Source: an uncultured Verrucomicrobiae bacterium
GTDB taxonomy: Bacteria > Verrucomicrobiota > Verrucomicrobiia > Chthoniobacterales > UBA10450
Direction: 5' to 3'
NCBI GenBank assembly: GCA_963801815.1
Contig: CAWDGJ010000002.1
Location: forward strand, 160,001-224,000
Length of the DNA stretch: 64,000 bases
The notes below the pieces were generated by a model. The model made no database searches and was not told the DNA's origin. It was given only the letters and a program-made list of their open reading frames with translations. The translations under genes were made by a program, and so were the position numbers. How positions within the stretch are numbered: the first letter of the stretch is position 1; every line of letters begins with the position of its first letter. This document shows positions 50,140 to 59,713 of this stretch, in pieces.

Positions 50140-51689
50140 CTACTGCGACAAGTCCGGACGCTGCTGCTCAAACGCTCCGTTGCCCTGATCCAGATAAATT
50201 GTTCCTTCGACTCGCGAAATCGCGAGGTGCTGTCGCCAGGTCCCACCGGGAAACTTTTTGCTGGCCCCAAGGGTTTCCGTTTCCGATTTGGGATTCCATC
50301 CACTCTTCATCGCTTCCGAAAGAACGCGCCCATCCATTTTCGAGGGCGACTGGATTCCAAGAATAGACAGAACCGTCGGTGCAATGTCGACATTCCCGCT
50401 CGGCGCGTCAGTTGTTAGGCCGTTTTGAAAATCCGGTCCGGCGGTAATTAGCGTATTATGCATATCGTAGCGACTCAACGTTGCGTGTGTCCCCTTTCCG
50501 GCTGCGCGTTGCCAGTCGGCGTCTATCATTCCTGGAACGCCAAATTGATTCTTGTTTTCGGTCCAGCGAAAAGCCATCACCACGTCGGCCGCGTACCGAA
50601 TCATCAATCTTGGCTCGATCAAGTGTGAACGTTCCTTCCATCGGCTGGCGCGTGAAAATCACGCCGGCGAAATCTGTTTGTTGCAGAAATTCTGCCAGCC
50701 GCCGCGTGACCGCTCCGTCGTGACCGATCACGTAAAATAGAACCGGTGCCGCCGTTGCCAGCCAACATGATCTGGCCCGGTTTGGGTTCGCCATCGAACT
50801 CCGTGACCGCATCGAAGCCGGCTTCCTTCAGAATTTTTGGCAACTCAATTTCACGCGCGATGGTTGAAAAACCGTGATCGGACACGACAAACACGTCAGT
50901 TGTCGACCTTGCGTTATGTTGATCGAGGGTGTTTAAGACTCGCGCGAGATTTTCGTCGCTCGATTTGATTGCAGCCAACGCGGGCGGGGCGCCGGGAGCC
51001 GTTTTATGTTCGGTGTCGTCCGGTTCGCTCAGCCAGAGCACCGAAAAAGTAGGAATGCCGTCCCGCCACATAAAATCAGTAAGCGCTTTCGTGGTCCACG
51101 TGTCTCGGGCCGCGGCCTCGGTCGCGGGTGGAAAAATTCCGAGCGATTTAAAAATAAATTGGACCGAATCGGGGATCAGCGCTTCCCCGGCGTACAAATC
51201 GTAATTACCCGCATGTGTGCCATGTCGGTCGAACAACAGTCCGACCGTTTTTGCCGTCGCGATCGCCGTTTTGTCGCCCTTGGCGTGAAGTAATTCTGCG
51301 ATGGTTGGGGCTCCGAGATATTTCCCGTCCGAGAGTTGGTCGGCTTTGCGAACAACCTGCCCGTTGTCGACATCGATGGATTTTTGGCCATCGAGGTCTG
51401 CGCGATAAGCATGGTTCGCGAGGATTCCGCCGTGATTCGGATAATCGCCGGTGTTGATTGCGGTCCCATTCACAATCGTAGCGCTTGGATAGACAGAATG
51501 ATTGTTTCGAAAAACCACTCCGGTTTTGGCCAGCTTCCAAAGCGTCGGAGTATTCTCCTCGCTCACAAAATCGGGACGCATTCCGTCCCAAACCACAACC
51601 ACAACGTGTTTTTCGGGAGCGGCCGCCGCGATAGCGACCGAGGTCGCGGAAAAAAATATCAAAAACAATCGCGTCACCCGCGCTGGCAT
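50140..51689 (-). CDS. Alkaline phosphatase superfamily (nucleotide pyrophosphatase/phosphodiesterase), frameshifts near 50745 and 50600
   Basis: VWDGMRPD, PSATIVN, EPDDTEH, SDHGF, then THATLS and NVDIAPT in other frames. Confidence 0.8.
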
Positions 51690-51758
51690 CGGGCAATCTT
51701 AATTGGAATTAGGAAGCACGCGATTGAACTTTCGTTACGTGTGTGTGTCTCATCGACA

Positions 51759-52760
51759 GTGAAATTCTTCGCACTCGCCATTTCCGTTGCGTCGCTGGCC
51801 AGCGTCTCCGCCGCGCCTTTGTTTCCCAGCGCGCAGGGAACGACGTGGGATTATGAGTTCATTCAGGAGAAACCGAGCGACAGCCTCGACCTCACGGAAC
51901 CGAATAAGCAGGAGCACTTTGCGGTAACTTATCGCCTCGGCCGCGTCGAGAAGATCGACAACAGGGACTTGCAGCGACTCGAGCTTTATCGCGGCGAAAC
52001 CCTCGAAAGCGTGGATCTAATCGCGGTCGAAGAGCATGGCATCATTTGTCCGGCACGCGCGGACGCTCAAGGTGCGGTCGTTAAATTGATTCCGCCGCAG
52101 CAAATGCTCGCCACTCCGCTGGAAAAAGGAAAGCACTGGAAGTTCGACGGCACGATTGCGGATAGGAAAGTGGTCCAGGAATACCAAATCGTTGGCGAAG
52201 AAGACATCCAGGTTCCAGCCGGAAAATTTCACGCCTGGCGTATCCACTGTGAACAAACATCGCCCGCGAAGGCGACGATCGATCGATGGTTCGTGCCCGG
52301 AACAGGTTTTGTGAAGGTAGACACTGTAGTGAGGGGTGAGTCTGGTGTCGCGGCCCAGAAAACCTGGATGAATCTGAAGGAACTGCCCAAAGTAATCCCG
52401 GCATCGCAAAAGGATGTCGAGTCTGAACCGTACAGATTTTCGGCGGGCGTATCGACCGAGCCGACGGGCGAATTCAAAAGCGATTTGAAACTGGATTTTC
52501 CCGCAGTCTACGCGCGCTGGCATGGACGCGACTTACGCGACCATGCAAAGATCCGCGCGGTTTTCATCGCCGAAAGTGTTGCCGAGGTCGCTGCGAATTC
52601 TCAGATCGACGAGCTGGAGACGACCGCGCCTGCCACGAATTCCGGCGGCACATTCACGCTTTCCCGGCCCAACGACGGCTGGGATCCCGGCAATTATCGC
52701 CTCGAATTTTACGTAGACGACACGCTCGCGGACACGGTGAAGTTTAAGATTGTTAAGTAA
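51759..52760 (+). CDS. Exported two-domain hypothetical protein
   Basis: GTG start with signal peptide; G..W.Y, EDIQVPAGKF, WFVPGTG.VK; Ig-like C-domain (PGNYRLEFYVD). Confidence 0.7.
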   Translation: MKFFALAISVASLASVSAAPLFPSAQGTTWDYEFIQEKPSDSLDLTEPNKQEHFAVTYRLGRVEKIDNRDLQRLELYRGETLESVDLIAVEEHGIICPARADAQGAVVKLIPPQQMLATPLEKGKHWKFDGTIADRKVVQEYQIVGEEDIQVPAGKFHAWRIHCEQTSPAKATIDRWFVPGTGFVKVDTVVRGESGVAAQKTWMNLKELPKVIPASQKDVESEPYRFSAGVSTEPTGEFKSDLKLDFPAVYARWHGRDLRDHAKIRAVFIAESVAEVAANSQIDELETTAPATNSGGTFTLSRPNDGWDPGNYRLEFYVDDTLADTVKFKIVK

Positions 52761-52844
52761 CGGCCCCCTCCCGGCCTGGGTTACACTGGAAATTCTTGAA
52801 TCCAAACCGAAGGCTTGTTTCATCTCACCTGACAACCACACCTC

Positions 52845-53489
52845 ATGAAAAAGCTTAGCGTCTCTCTCTTCTTAGGATTGCTCCTCATCGCGGGCTGCCA
52901 CGTCGGCGGTATTATGGGCAACGGTCATGTCGTAACCGACACCCGCCCCATCACTGATTTTTCCGAGATCGAAGCCGACGGCGGCTTCCAGATCGAATGG
53001 CGGAGCGGGCCGCCATCGCTCAGCATTACGACGGACGAAAACCTTCTCCAACATATCACCAACGAAAACATCGATCATCAGCTGCGGCTGCATTCCCGCG
53101 GTAACCTTTGGTCGACACACGGCGTGAAAGTTGTGGTCTCGAGTACAACTCGGACCGGCGCACGCCTCACTGGCGCGGCCCGCCTGACCGCTAAACAACT
53201 TTCCGGTCATAGTTTCGCCATTGAGTCGACCGGTGCGGCGAAAGTCGAGCTCGACGGCAACATCGACGAGCTAGTGACCGACATGACCGGCGCGAGCAAG
53301 CTGGACGCGGAATCACTTCAAACAAAGACCGCCGAGATTTCTTCAACCGGCGCGTCGAAGGCCGAGGTTGCCGTCAGCGAAACATTGAAGGTATCGATCA
53401 CCGGGGCCGGCAAAGTGGTTTACTCGGGTAATCCGGCAACGATCCAGAAAACCATTAGCGGCGCCGGATCAATTCATCACAAAGACTGA
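52845..53489 (+). CDS. DUF2807/GIN-domain lipoprotein
   Basis: Lipobox IAGC; GNG.V, DENLL, repeated TGAA/TGAS beta-helix units. Confidence 0.85.
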   Translation: MKKLSVSLFLGLLLIAGCHVGGIMGNGHVVTDTRPITDFSEIEADGGFQIEWRSGPPSLSITTDENLLQHITNENIDHQLRLHSRGNLWSTHGVKVVVSSTTRTGARLTGAARLTAKQLSGHSFAIESTGAAKVELDGNIDELVTDMTGASKLDAESLQTKTAEISSTGASKAEVAVSETLKVSITGAGKVVYSGNPATIQKTISGAGSIHHKD

Positions 53490-53543
53490 ATTTATGTCAC
53501 TCATTCTCGTTCTTTGGGTTTTGATTCAGAACGCCAGCGTGAA

Positions 53544-54983
53544 TTAGTCGCGGCGATCCAGTTCGCGCGCGAATTTATCCAGGCGCTCGATTGTTCCGAC
53601 GATGTCCTGTTCGGTCGTGCGTGGATTGATCGTGCACAGACGAAGCGAGGCGACCCCGCGAAGCTCAGTCGAGGTCAACAGGGCGTAACCATCGCGCATC
53701 ATAATATCGACAAGTTGCGTTTGAAGCTCATCGCTTTCGCCAAATCGAAAACAAACCGTGGCCATTTGCGCCGGCGAAAGAATTTCCCAGCCCTTACGGG
53801 CGCGCAGCTCACGCTCCGCTATTTCGGCCAGTTCGAATCCCCGCGCGATCGCATCGCGAAATGCGGACAGGCCGAATGTTTGCAGCGACAACCAGACCTT
53901 TAATGCGCGAAAGCTTCGGCTGAGCTGTACGCCGTGGTCGCCGGGATTAAATTCCGCCGCGTTGCGATGCACGTCCCGTAAGTAATCCGGCTTAATTTGG
54001 AATGCCGATTTCAAAAGCGCGACATCGCGAACTAGAACGCATCCGCATTCGAAGGATTGAAAAAGCCATTTGTGTGGATCGAGCGAAATGGAGTCCGCAC
54101 GCTCGATTCCGCGCATAAGGGCGCGTCCGCGTTCGGACAAAATCGCTGCTGCGCCGAACGCGCCGTCGACGTGCAACCACATTTTTTCAGCGTGAGCGAC
54201 GTCCGCTAGCTCGATCAGTGGATCAACCGCTCCAGTATTGGTGGTACCCGCGTTCGCCACGATGCAAAAAGGCCGCAATCCTTCCGCACGATCGGCCCTG
54301 ATCGCTTCGCGCAAGTCCTGAACGGGCAATCGGAAATTGTCATCACTTGGGAGTTTCCGCATCTGTTCGCGGAGAAAGCCAATCACGTGAAGCGCGCGCT
54401 GAACGGACGAATGCGTTTGATCGGAGAAATAAACCGTTGCCCGGTCGATACGGTCCTGAAGCAATGCGCTACGAGCCGCAACCAATGCGGTCAGGTTGGC
54501 CATCGACCCGCCGCTAACAAACAGGCCGCCGGCGGATTCTTGAAATCCGCACGTTCGAGAAAGCCATCGCACAATTCCAAGTTCGACCGCCGCCGCGGCT
54601 GAGCCGCCAAGCCACGTGCCGTTGAAAACATTGAACCCGGCGGCGAGCGCGTCCGCCATCGTGCTCACAAAATTGTTCGGACCGGGAACGAACGCGAAAA
54701 AGCGAGGATGATCGACATGCAGGTTATTTGGAAAAACGTCACGCTTCAGCTGCGCGAGAATCTCGTCAGGATTGCGACCAGTTTCCGGCGGATCGCAGTC
54801 GAACAACGGAACCAGCTTGGCCGGATCGCCTTTTGAACCGACCGGTTCGCTTTCCAGATTGGCAAAGTGATCGACCAGCAAATCGACAACCCGATATCCA
54901 AATTCGCGCATTTCGTCGGACGAGAGCGCGATGCGGGATCGATCAATTGAGGAGGTCTTTTTCTCCTTTTTCAATGGAAGCAA
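53544..54983 (-). CDS. PLP-dependent group II (aromatic L-amino acid-type) decarboxylase
   Basis: HPRFFAF, SGGSMAN, AGTTNTGAVD, HVDGAFG, DPHKWLF. Confidence 0.92.
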   Translation of the reverse strand: MLPLKKEKKTSSIDRSRIALSSDEMREFGYRVVDLLVDHFANLESEPVGSKGDPAKLVPLFDCDPPETGRNPDEILAQLKRDVFPNNLHVDHPRFFAFVPGPNNFVSTMADALAAGFNVFNGTWLGGSAAAAVELGIVRWLSRTCGFQESAGGLFVSGGSMANLTALVAARSALLQDRIDRATVYFSDQTHSSVQRALHVIGFLREQMRKLPSDDNFRLPVQDLREAIRADRAEGLRPFCIVANAGTTNTGAVDPLIELADVAHAEKMWLHVDGAFGAAAILSERGRALMRGIERADSISLDPHKWLFQSFECGCVLVRDVALLKSAFQIKPDYLRDVHRNAAEFNPGDHGVQLSRSFRALKVWLSLQTFGLSAFRDAIARGFELAEIAERELRARKGWEILSPAQMATVCFRFGESDELQTQLVDIMMRDGYALLTSTELRGVASLRLCTINPRTTEQDIVGTIERLDKFARELDRRD

Positions 54984-55031
54984 AAATGAGTAATGAAGTG
55001 ACCGCAGAAAATTGGTGATTACAATGTCGAA

Positions 55032-55430
55032 ATGAGCGCTGACACACTTTGCTGGGCTGATATCCCGGTCACGAATCTCGATCGTGCGATCAAATTCTAT
55101 TCAGCGGTGCTCGGCAAAGAGGTAAGGAAGTTATCGGAAGGTGGTATGCAATATGGCCTCCTGCCGCATGGCGAAGGAAATTCGTCGGCTTGTCTTTGCC
55201 TTCGCAGCGACAGCGGCGGGGTCGATAATCGTCCCTCGGCAAACGGTCCACTGATCTACCTTTTGGTCGAAGGGCGTCTCGATCAGGCAGTGGAAGTTGC
55301 ACGCAAGAACGGCGGAAAAGTCCTGCGTGCGCGACAACAGATCGGTGAGCACGGATTTCGTGCAGTCATTATAGATTCCGAAGGCAACCGAATCGCGCTC
55401 CACACCTCTGCCGCAGGTAGTGGCGACTGA
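55032..55430 (+). CDS. VOC/glyoxalase family protein
   Basis: DIPVTNLDRAIKFY, GG.V, DSEGNRIALH. Confidence 0.9.
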   Translation: MSADTLCWADIPVTNLDRAIKFYSAVLGKEVRKLSEGGMQYGLLPHGEGNSSACLCLRSDSGGVDNRPSANGPLIYLLVEGRLDQAVEVARKNGGKVLRARQQIGEHGFRAVIIDSEGNRIALHTSAAGSGD

Positions 55431-55451
55431 CCTCAATATCGCAAAGCAGAA

Positions 55452-56078
55452 ATGTTCGGAATTCACGATTTTGGATTGTTTCTCGCGGCGGGGATCTTGT
55501 TGAATCTGACACCGGGACCCGACACGGTATACATTCTAGGCCGCAGCATTGCCCAAGGGCGCGAAGCGGGAATTGTATCTGCGCTCGGAATTTCAGTCGG
55601 CAGTATTTTCCACACATCCGCTGCCGCGCTCGGGTTGTCGGCAATTCTGGCAACGTCGGCGCTCGCTTTCGGCACAATCAAGTTGATCGGCGGCGCATAT
55701 CTGATTTTTCTAGGAATCAAAATGATTCTCGACCGGCGGAGAGAGTTGAGCTTGCCGTTGCACTTTCGCCGCCGAACAACCCTCGCAGCGTTTCGCCAGG
55801 GAATCCTGACCAACATACTCAATCCCAAGGTCGCCTTGTTTTTCCTCGCGTTCCTCCCGCAGTTCATTGACCCGGCATCGAAAGCCAAGGTGCTCGCGTT
55901 TCTTCTACTCGGTTTCACTTTCGTAACGACCGGCACGATTTGGTGTCTCGTGCTGGCGTGGTTTGCGTCCGCTTTTAGCGAGCGATTGCGCAAGAGCGAA
56001 ATAATCTCGCAATGGCTCAATCGCACTGCCGGCGCGCTTTTTGTCTTTCTCGGCCTCCGGCTCGCGACCACAAACTGA
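55452..56078 (+). CDS. LysE/RhtB family translocator
   Basis: TPGPD, GAYLIFLG, NILNPKVALFF. Confidence 0.92.
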   Translation: MFGIHDFGLFLAAGILLNLTPGPDTVYILGRSIAQGREAGIVSALGISVGSIFHTSAAALGLSAILATSALAFGTIKLIGGAYLIFLGIKMILDRRRELSLPLHFRRRTTLAAFRQGILTNILNPKVALFFLAFLPQFIDPASKAKVLAFLLLGFTFVTTGTIWCLVLAWFASAFSERLRKSEIISQWLNRTAGALFVFLGLRLATTN

Positions 56079-56090
56079 CAGGTCGACCAA

Positions 56091-56780
56091 ATGCCAGAAC
56101 ACGGTCTCGACACCAAAGTTAAACTGGGCATCTACGCTATCACCGCCGAGACCGGCCGTGTTCCAAATTCCTCCGAGCTCTCGCGAAAAATCGACGTCGA
56201 AGAGAAAGAAATCCTCGAAGCGTTCAAGAGATTGCATGCGAAACGACTTCTGCTCCCCGAACCGAACGATCCGACCCGGATCCGAATGGCGCCCCCGTTC
56301 TCGGGAATTCCGACGAAGTTCCCAGTGGAAGCCAATGGCAAACAGTATTACGCCAATTGTGTTTGGGACGCGTACGGCATCGCCGCCGCCTTGCATTGCG
56401 ATGCGATCAGTCACGCATCCGACGGCCATACCGGCGAACCGCTGACTCTCGAAGTGAAGAGTCTCGCGCCTGTGTTGAAACCGTACGTCGCGCATTTCGC
56501 TGTTCCCGCCGCACATTGGTGGGACGATCTCGTTTTTACGTGAGCGACCATGCTCCTCTTCCGGTCGGAAGAGACAGTGAACGAGTGGTGCGCGGCGAAT
56601 AATATCGCGCGACGTCCGTTGGTCAGTCTGGAGCAGTTATGGCAACTGGCTGTCCATTGGTACGCAAATCGGCTTACCGTCGAATCGCGCCGGCCTGGTC
56701 CGGATGAAATGGTTTCGATCTTCGCCTCGCTTGGATTAACTGGACCTTTCTGGGATCCAAAATCGAATCAGTGGCGCTGA
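56091..56780 (+). CDS. MerB-like (organomercurial lyase family) selenoprotein, Sec at TGA 56541-56543, 229 aa
   Basis: ORFs 56091-56543 and 56550-56780 are in the same frame; PFS..PT, YANCVWD (Cys-x2-Asp), WDDLVFT-U-ATMLLFRSEE; SECIS-like hairpin follows. Confidence 0.82.
56556..56573 (+). promoter_or_regulatory. Bacterial SECIS-like hairpin
   Basis: CTCTTCC-GGTC-GGAAGAG, perfect 7-bp stem starting 12 nt after the in-frame TGA. Confidence 0.78.
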
Positions 56781-56914
56781 CTCGATTTCGTAAATTGAAC
56801 TCGCGCACGGATCTTGTCGGGACGAGATGCTGTAAAATCAAATTTTCTCGAGTAGGCGATCGTCGATCTTCGAACCAGTCTTGTTCTTGTAATTAATCAG
56901 TCGAAGACTAAACC

Positions 56915-56992
56915 ATGAAGACACAAAAACTATTCACCGTCGCCGCGATCAGTGCTGGACTCGCCTTTGGCCTGACCGCGTATGGACATTAA
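56915..56992 (+). other. 25-codon ORF resembling an isolated signal peptide (gene remnant or small peptide)
   Basis: MKTQKLFTVAAISAGLAFGLTAYGH*. Confidence 0.4.
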
Positions 56993-57002
56993 GTAACATG
57001 AA

Positions 57003-58034
57003 ATGAACACAATCTTCCTCGCTTGCGCGTTTTATTGCGCAAGCATCATCGGCGCGTTCGCGAGTGAGCCGTACCAATTTGTAAACGAAATCCCGATTGG
57101 TGGGGAAGGCGGTTGGGACATTCTGACGATCGATTCGAATCGTCTTTATCTGTCACACGCAACCAAGGTTGTCGTGGTCGATCTTAATAAGAACGCGGTT
57201 GCCGGAGAGATTGTCGACACCCCTGGCGTTCACGGGTTTGTAGCAGTTCCCGAATTCCAGTGCGGCTTTTCGTCGAATGGAAAAGAAAACAAATCGAGCG
57301 TGGTCGATCTGGGAACGCTCAAGACCATTTCAAAGATCGACACCGGCGAAAGTCCGGATGCAATTGTTTACGAGCCGCGTCATGGCGAAGTTTACGTTTT
57401 CAATCACCGCGGAAATTCGGCCACTGTAATCGATGCCAAAACGAAGAAGGTCGTCGCGACGATTGTGCTCGAAGGAAATCCGGAGTTTGCCGCGGTCGAT
57501 GCAGCAGCGGGCCGGATATACTGCAACCTTGAAGATAAGAGCGAAGTCGCAGCAATCGACACCGCGAAACACGAAGTGGTTGCGAACTGGCCGATCGCCC
57601 CCGGCGAAGGCCCAAGCGGAATCGCGCTGGACGCGCCGCATCACCGATTGTTCTGCGGTTGTCACAACAAAACGATGGTAATGCTCAACACCCAGACGGG
57701 GAAAGCTATCGCCAATATTCCGATCGGTGCGGGCGTTGACGGATGCGCATTTGATGACGCAACCCAGCTTGCGTTCGCATCGTGCGGTGACGGCACGACG
57801 ACAATCGCGAAAGAAGAAGCGCCGGACAAACTGACCGTCGTCCAGACTTTGAAGACCGAACGGGGGGCACGCACGATGGAGATCGATCCAAAGACACACC
57901 GGATTTATTTGCCGACGGCGCAATTTCAGCCTGCGCCCTCACCTTCTCCGGGCGCATCTCCAGCCCGGCCGACGATTGTTCCGAACACGTTAAAGCTTTT
58001 GGTTTACGGCCCAGCAGAATCGGCGAAGCATTAA
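57003..58034 (+). CDS. YncE/YVTN-family beta-propeller, exported
   Basis: GGEGGWD, PDAIVY, P.GIA.D repeats, GARTM. Confidence 0.85.
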   Translation: MNTIFLACAFYCASIIGAFASEPYQFVNEIPIGGEGGWDILTIDSNRLYLSHATKVVVVDLNKNAVAGEIVDTPGVHGFVAVPEFQCGFSSNGKENKSSVVDLGTLKTISKIDTGESPDAIVYEPRHGEVYVFNHRGNSATVIDAKTKKVVATIVLEGNPEFAAVDAAAGRIYCNLEDKSEVAAIDTAKHEVVANWPIAPGEGPSGIALDAPHHRLFCGCHNKTMVMLNTQTGKAIANIPIGAGVDGCAFDDATQLAFASCGDGTTTIAKEEAPDKLTVVQTLKTERGARTMEIDPKTHRIYLPTAQFQPAPSPSPGASPARPTIVPNTLKLLVYGPAESAKH

Positions 58035-58037
58035 TTC

Positions 58038-58778
58038 GTGCGACGATTAGCGATTGCGGCGTTGCTCGCCTGCGCGGCGCGAACCGCATTTGCTCAAGGC
58101 GGTCCGCCGATGATCACCGATGATCCGGGCACGCCGGGGCCCGGGAAGTGGGAAAACAACATCGCACTCACACTAGAACACCGGTCGACCGAAACGTCGC
58201 TCGATCTGCCCCAGCTCGATTTGAATTACGGAGTCGGCGACAAAGTTCAGCTCACGCTCCAGACCGCGCCGGTGTTACTGAAACGCGAAGATCATGGTCC
58301 GATTGGCGGACTCGGAGGGACAGAGACCGCGTTGAAGTGGCGATTTCTCGCTGAAAAAGAGAATGGCTTCGACGTATCGATGTTTCCGCGCGTGATCTTC
58401 AACATTGCACAATCATCAGTGCACCGCGGTCTGGCCGATCCCGGCACGCGTTTTCAAATTCCGTTCCAAATCGCAAAGACCTGCGGCCGATTTCATGCGG
58501 ACACAGAGTTCGGCCCGGTTGGCATCAGCGTTGGCCGAAGCGAATGGCTCTACGGCTTCGTCGGCGGTTACGACGTGGCGAAACCCACGATGTTAATGGC
58601 GGAACTACACGGCACGTCCCGCATGAATTTCACTCGTGACACCTTGACCGTGAATTTTGGACTCCGCCACGAGATCACGGAAACGCGTATCCTGATTCTG
58701 TCGGTCGGTCACGACATTCGAGCGGACGATGAGGCGACGGCGTTGATCGGTTACTTTGGAATGCAGTTGCTCTACTGA
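58038..58778 (+). CDS. Outer-membrane beta-barrel hypothetical protein
   Basis: Signal peptide, GPPMITDDPGT, DLNYG, GLGGTE..KWRF, terminal aromatic residue. Confidence 0.7.
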   Translation: MRRLAIAALLACAARTAFAQGGPPMITDDPGTPGPGKWENNIALTLEHRSTETSLDLPQLDLNYGVGDKVQLTLQTAPVLLKREDHGPIGGLGGTETALKWRFLAEKENGFDVSMFPRVIFNIAQSSVHRGLADPGTRFQIPFQIAKTCGRFHADTEFGPVGISVGRSEWLYGFVGGYDVAKPTMLMAELHGTSRMNFTRDTLTVNFGLRHEITETRILILSVGHDIRADDEATALIGYFGMQLLY

Positions 58779-58783
58779 ATGAG

Positions 58784-59569
58784 TCAGTGCGCTTTTGAAG
58801 CTGGCTTTTGTCGGAAAATCAGGATCAGCGCGACGACCACCACGAGCAGCGCGAGAGACGCGGTGTAACGACCCAGAGCCAGTCCTCCCTGTGCGATGGG
58901 CTTATCAAGAAAATCGCCGACCACGGCTCCGAGCGGGCGAGTCAAAATGAATGCAACCCAAAACAAAATAACGCGCGACAAGCCGGTGAAGTAATAAAGA
59001 AGAGCGGTCACCAGGAGTAGACCGCCGAAAACGCCAGCAGCGCCGACATAGCCCATGTCATTCGTGTCCGCGACCCAGTCACCGAGGGCCGTGCCGAGGG
59101 TCTGCGAGAACATGATTGTCACCCAGTAAAAGATTTCGACCTTCGGCGTATTCACGGTTTCGATTGATATGCTTCCGGTCGCCCATCGCCAGATCAAAAG
59201 GGATGCGATGACGAGAATGACCAATACGGTCGAACCGCCGGTATAACCGATGCCAAGCGATCGGTCGCAATAATCGGCCAGCGTCGTGCCGAGTGTCGTC
59301 GTCGCAACGATTGTTAACCAGTAGACGAACGGGTGAAATTTCTTCGCCTTTATCTGCACGAGCACCGCGGCAATGAAAATCACGCCGAAGATAGCCGTGC
59401 CGATAAGATAGCCAGTGCCCTTGGCGTCCGCTGTCGTCTCACCGAGCCACGACATGGTGACAGCGTCTCCGCCGGTTTCGCCGAGGGTCGTGCAGAGGAT
59501 CTTGATGATCCAGAAACCAAGCGTGACTTGGGGAACTTTGCTCAAAACATTCTGGTCGCGAGTATGCAT
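58784..59569 (-). CDS. COG4705/DUF347 repeat membrane protein
   Basis: SKVPQVTLGFWIIKILCTTLGETGGD, TLGTALGD, FILTRPLGA..GD. Confidence 0.88.
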   Translation of the reverse strand: MHTRDQNVLSKVPQVTLGFWIIKILCTTLGETGGDAVTMSWLGETTADAKGTGYLIGTAIFGVIFIAAVLVQIKAKKFHPFVYWLTIVATTTLGTTLADYCDRSLGIGYTGGSTVLVILVIASLLIWRWATGSISIETVNTPKVEIFYWVTIMFSQTLGTALGDWVADTNDMGYVGAAGVFGGLLLVTALLYYFTGLSRVILFWVAFILTRPLGAVVGDFLDKPIAQGGLALGRYTASLALLVVVVALILIFRQKPASKAH

Positions 59570-59713
59570 CGTGGTTTTCGGTCGACTGCGCCGAACAAAC
59601 AAATTGCAGCGGACTGGAGAATTGAAACCTGTAAAGTGATATCGCCGCTGCGCGGCCAAGCAGTTGCCGTCGAATGAAATCGAAACTTCGGCGCTTGTGA
59701 ACCGGAATCTTTT

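Noticed and set aside
56550..56780. Independent 76-aa gene, or a nonsense-mutated merB pseudogene
   Set aside because: The in-frame TGA at the catalytic-Cys column plus the SECIS-like hairpin is better explained by Sec read-through.
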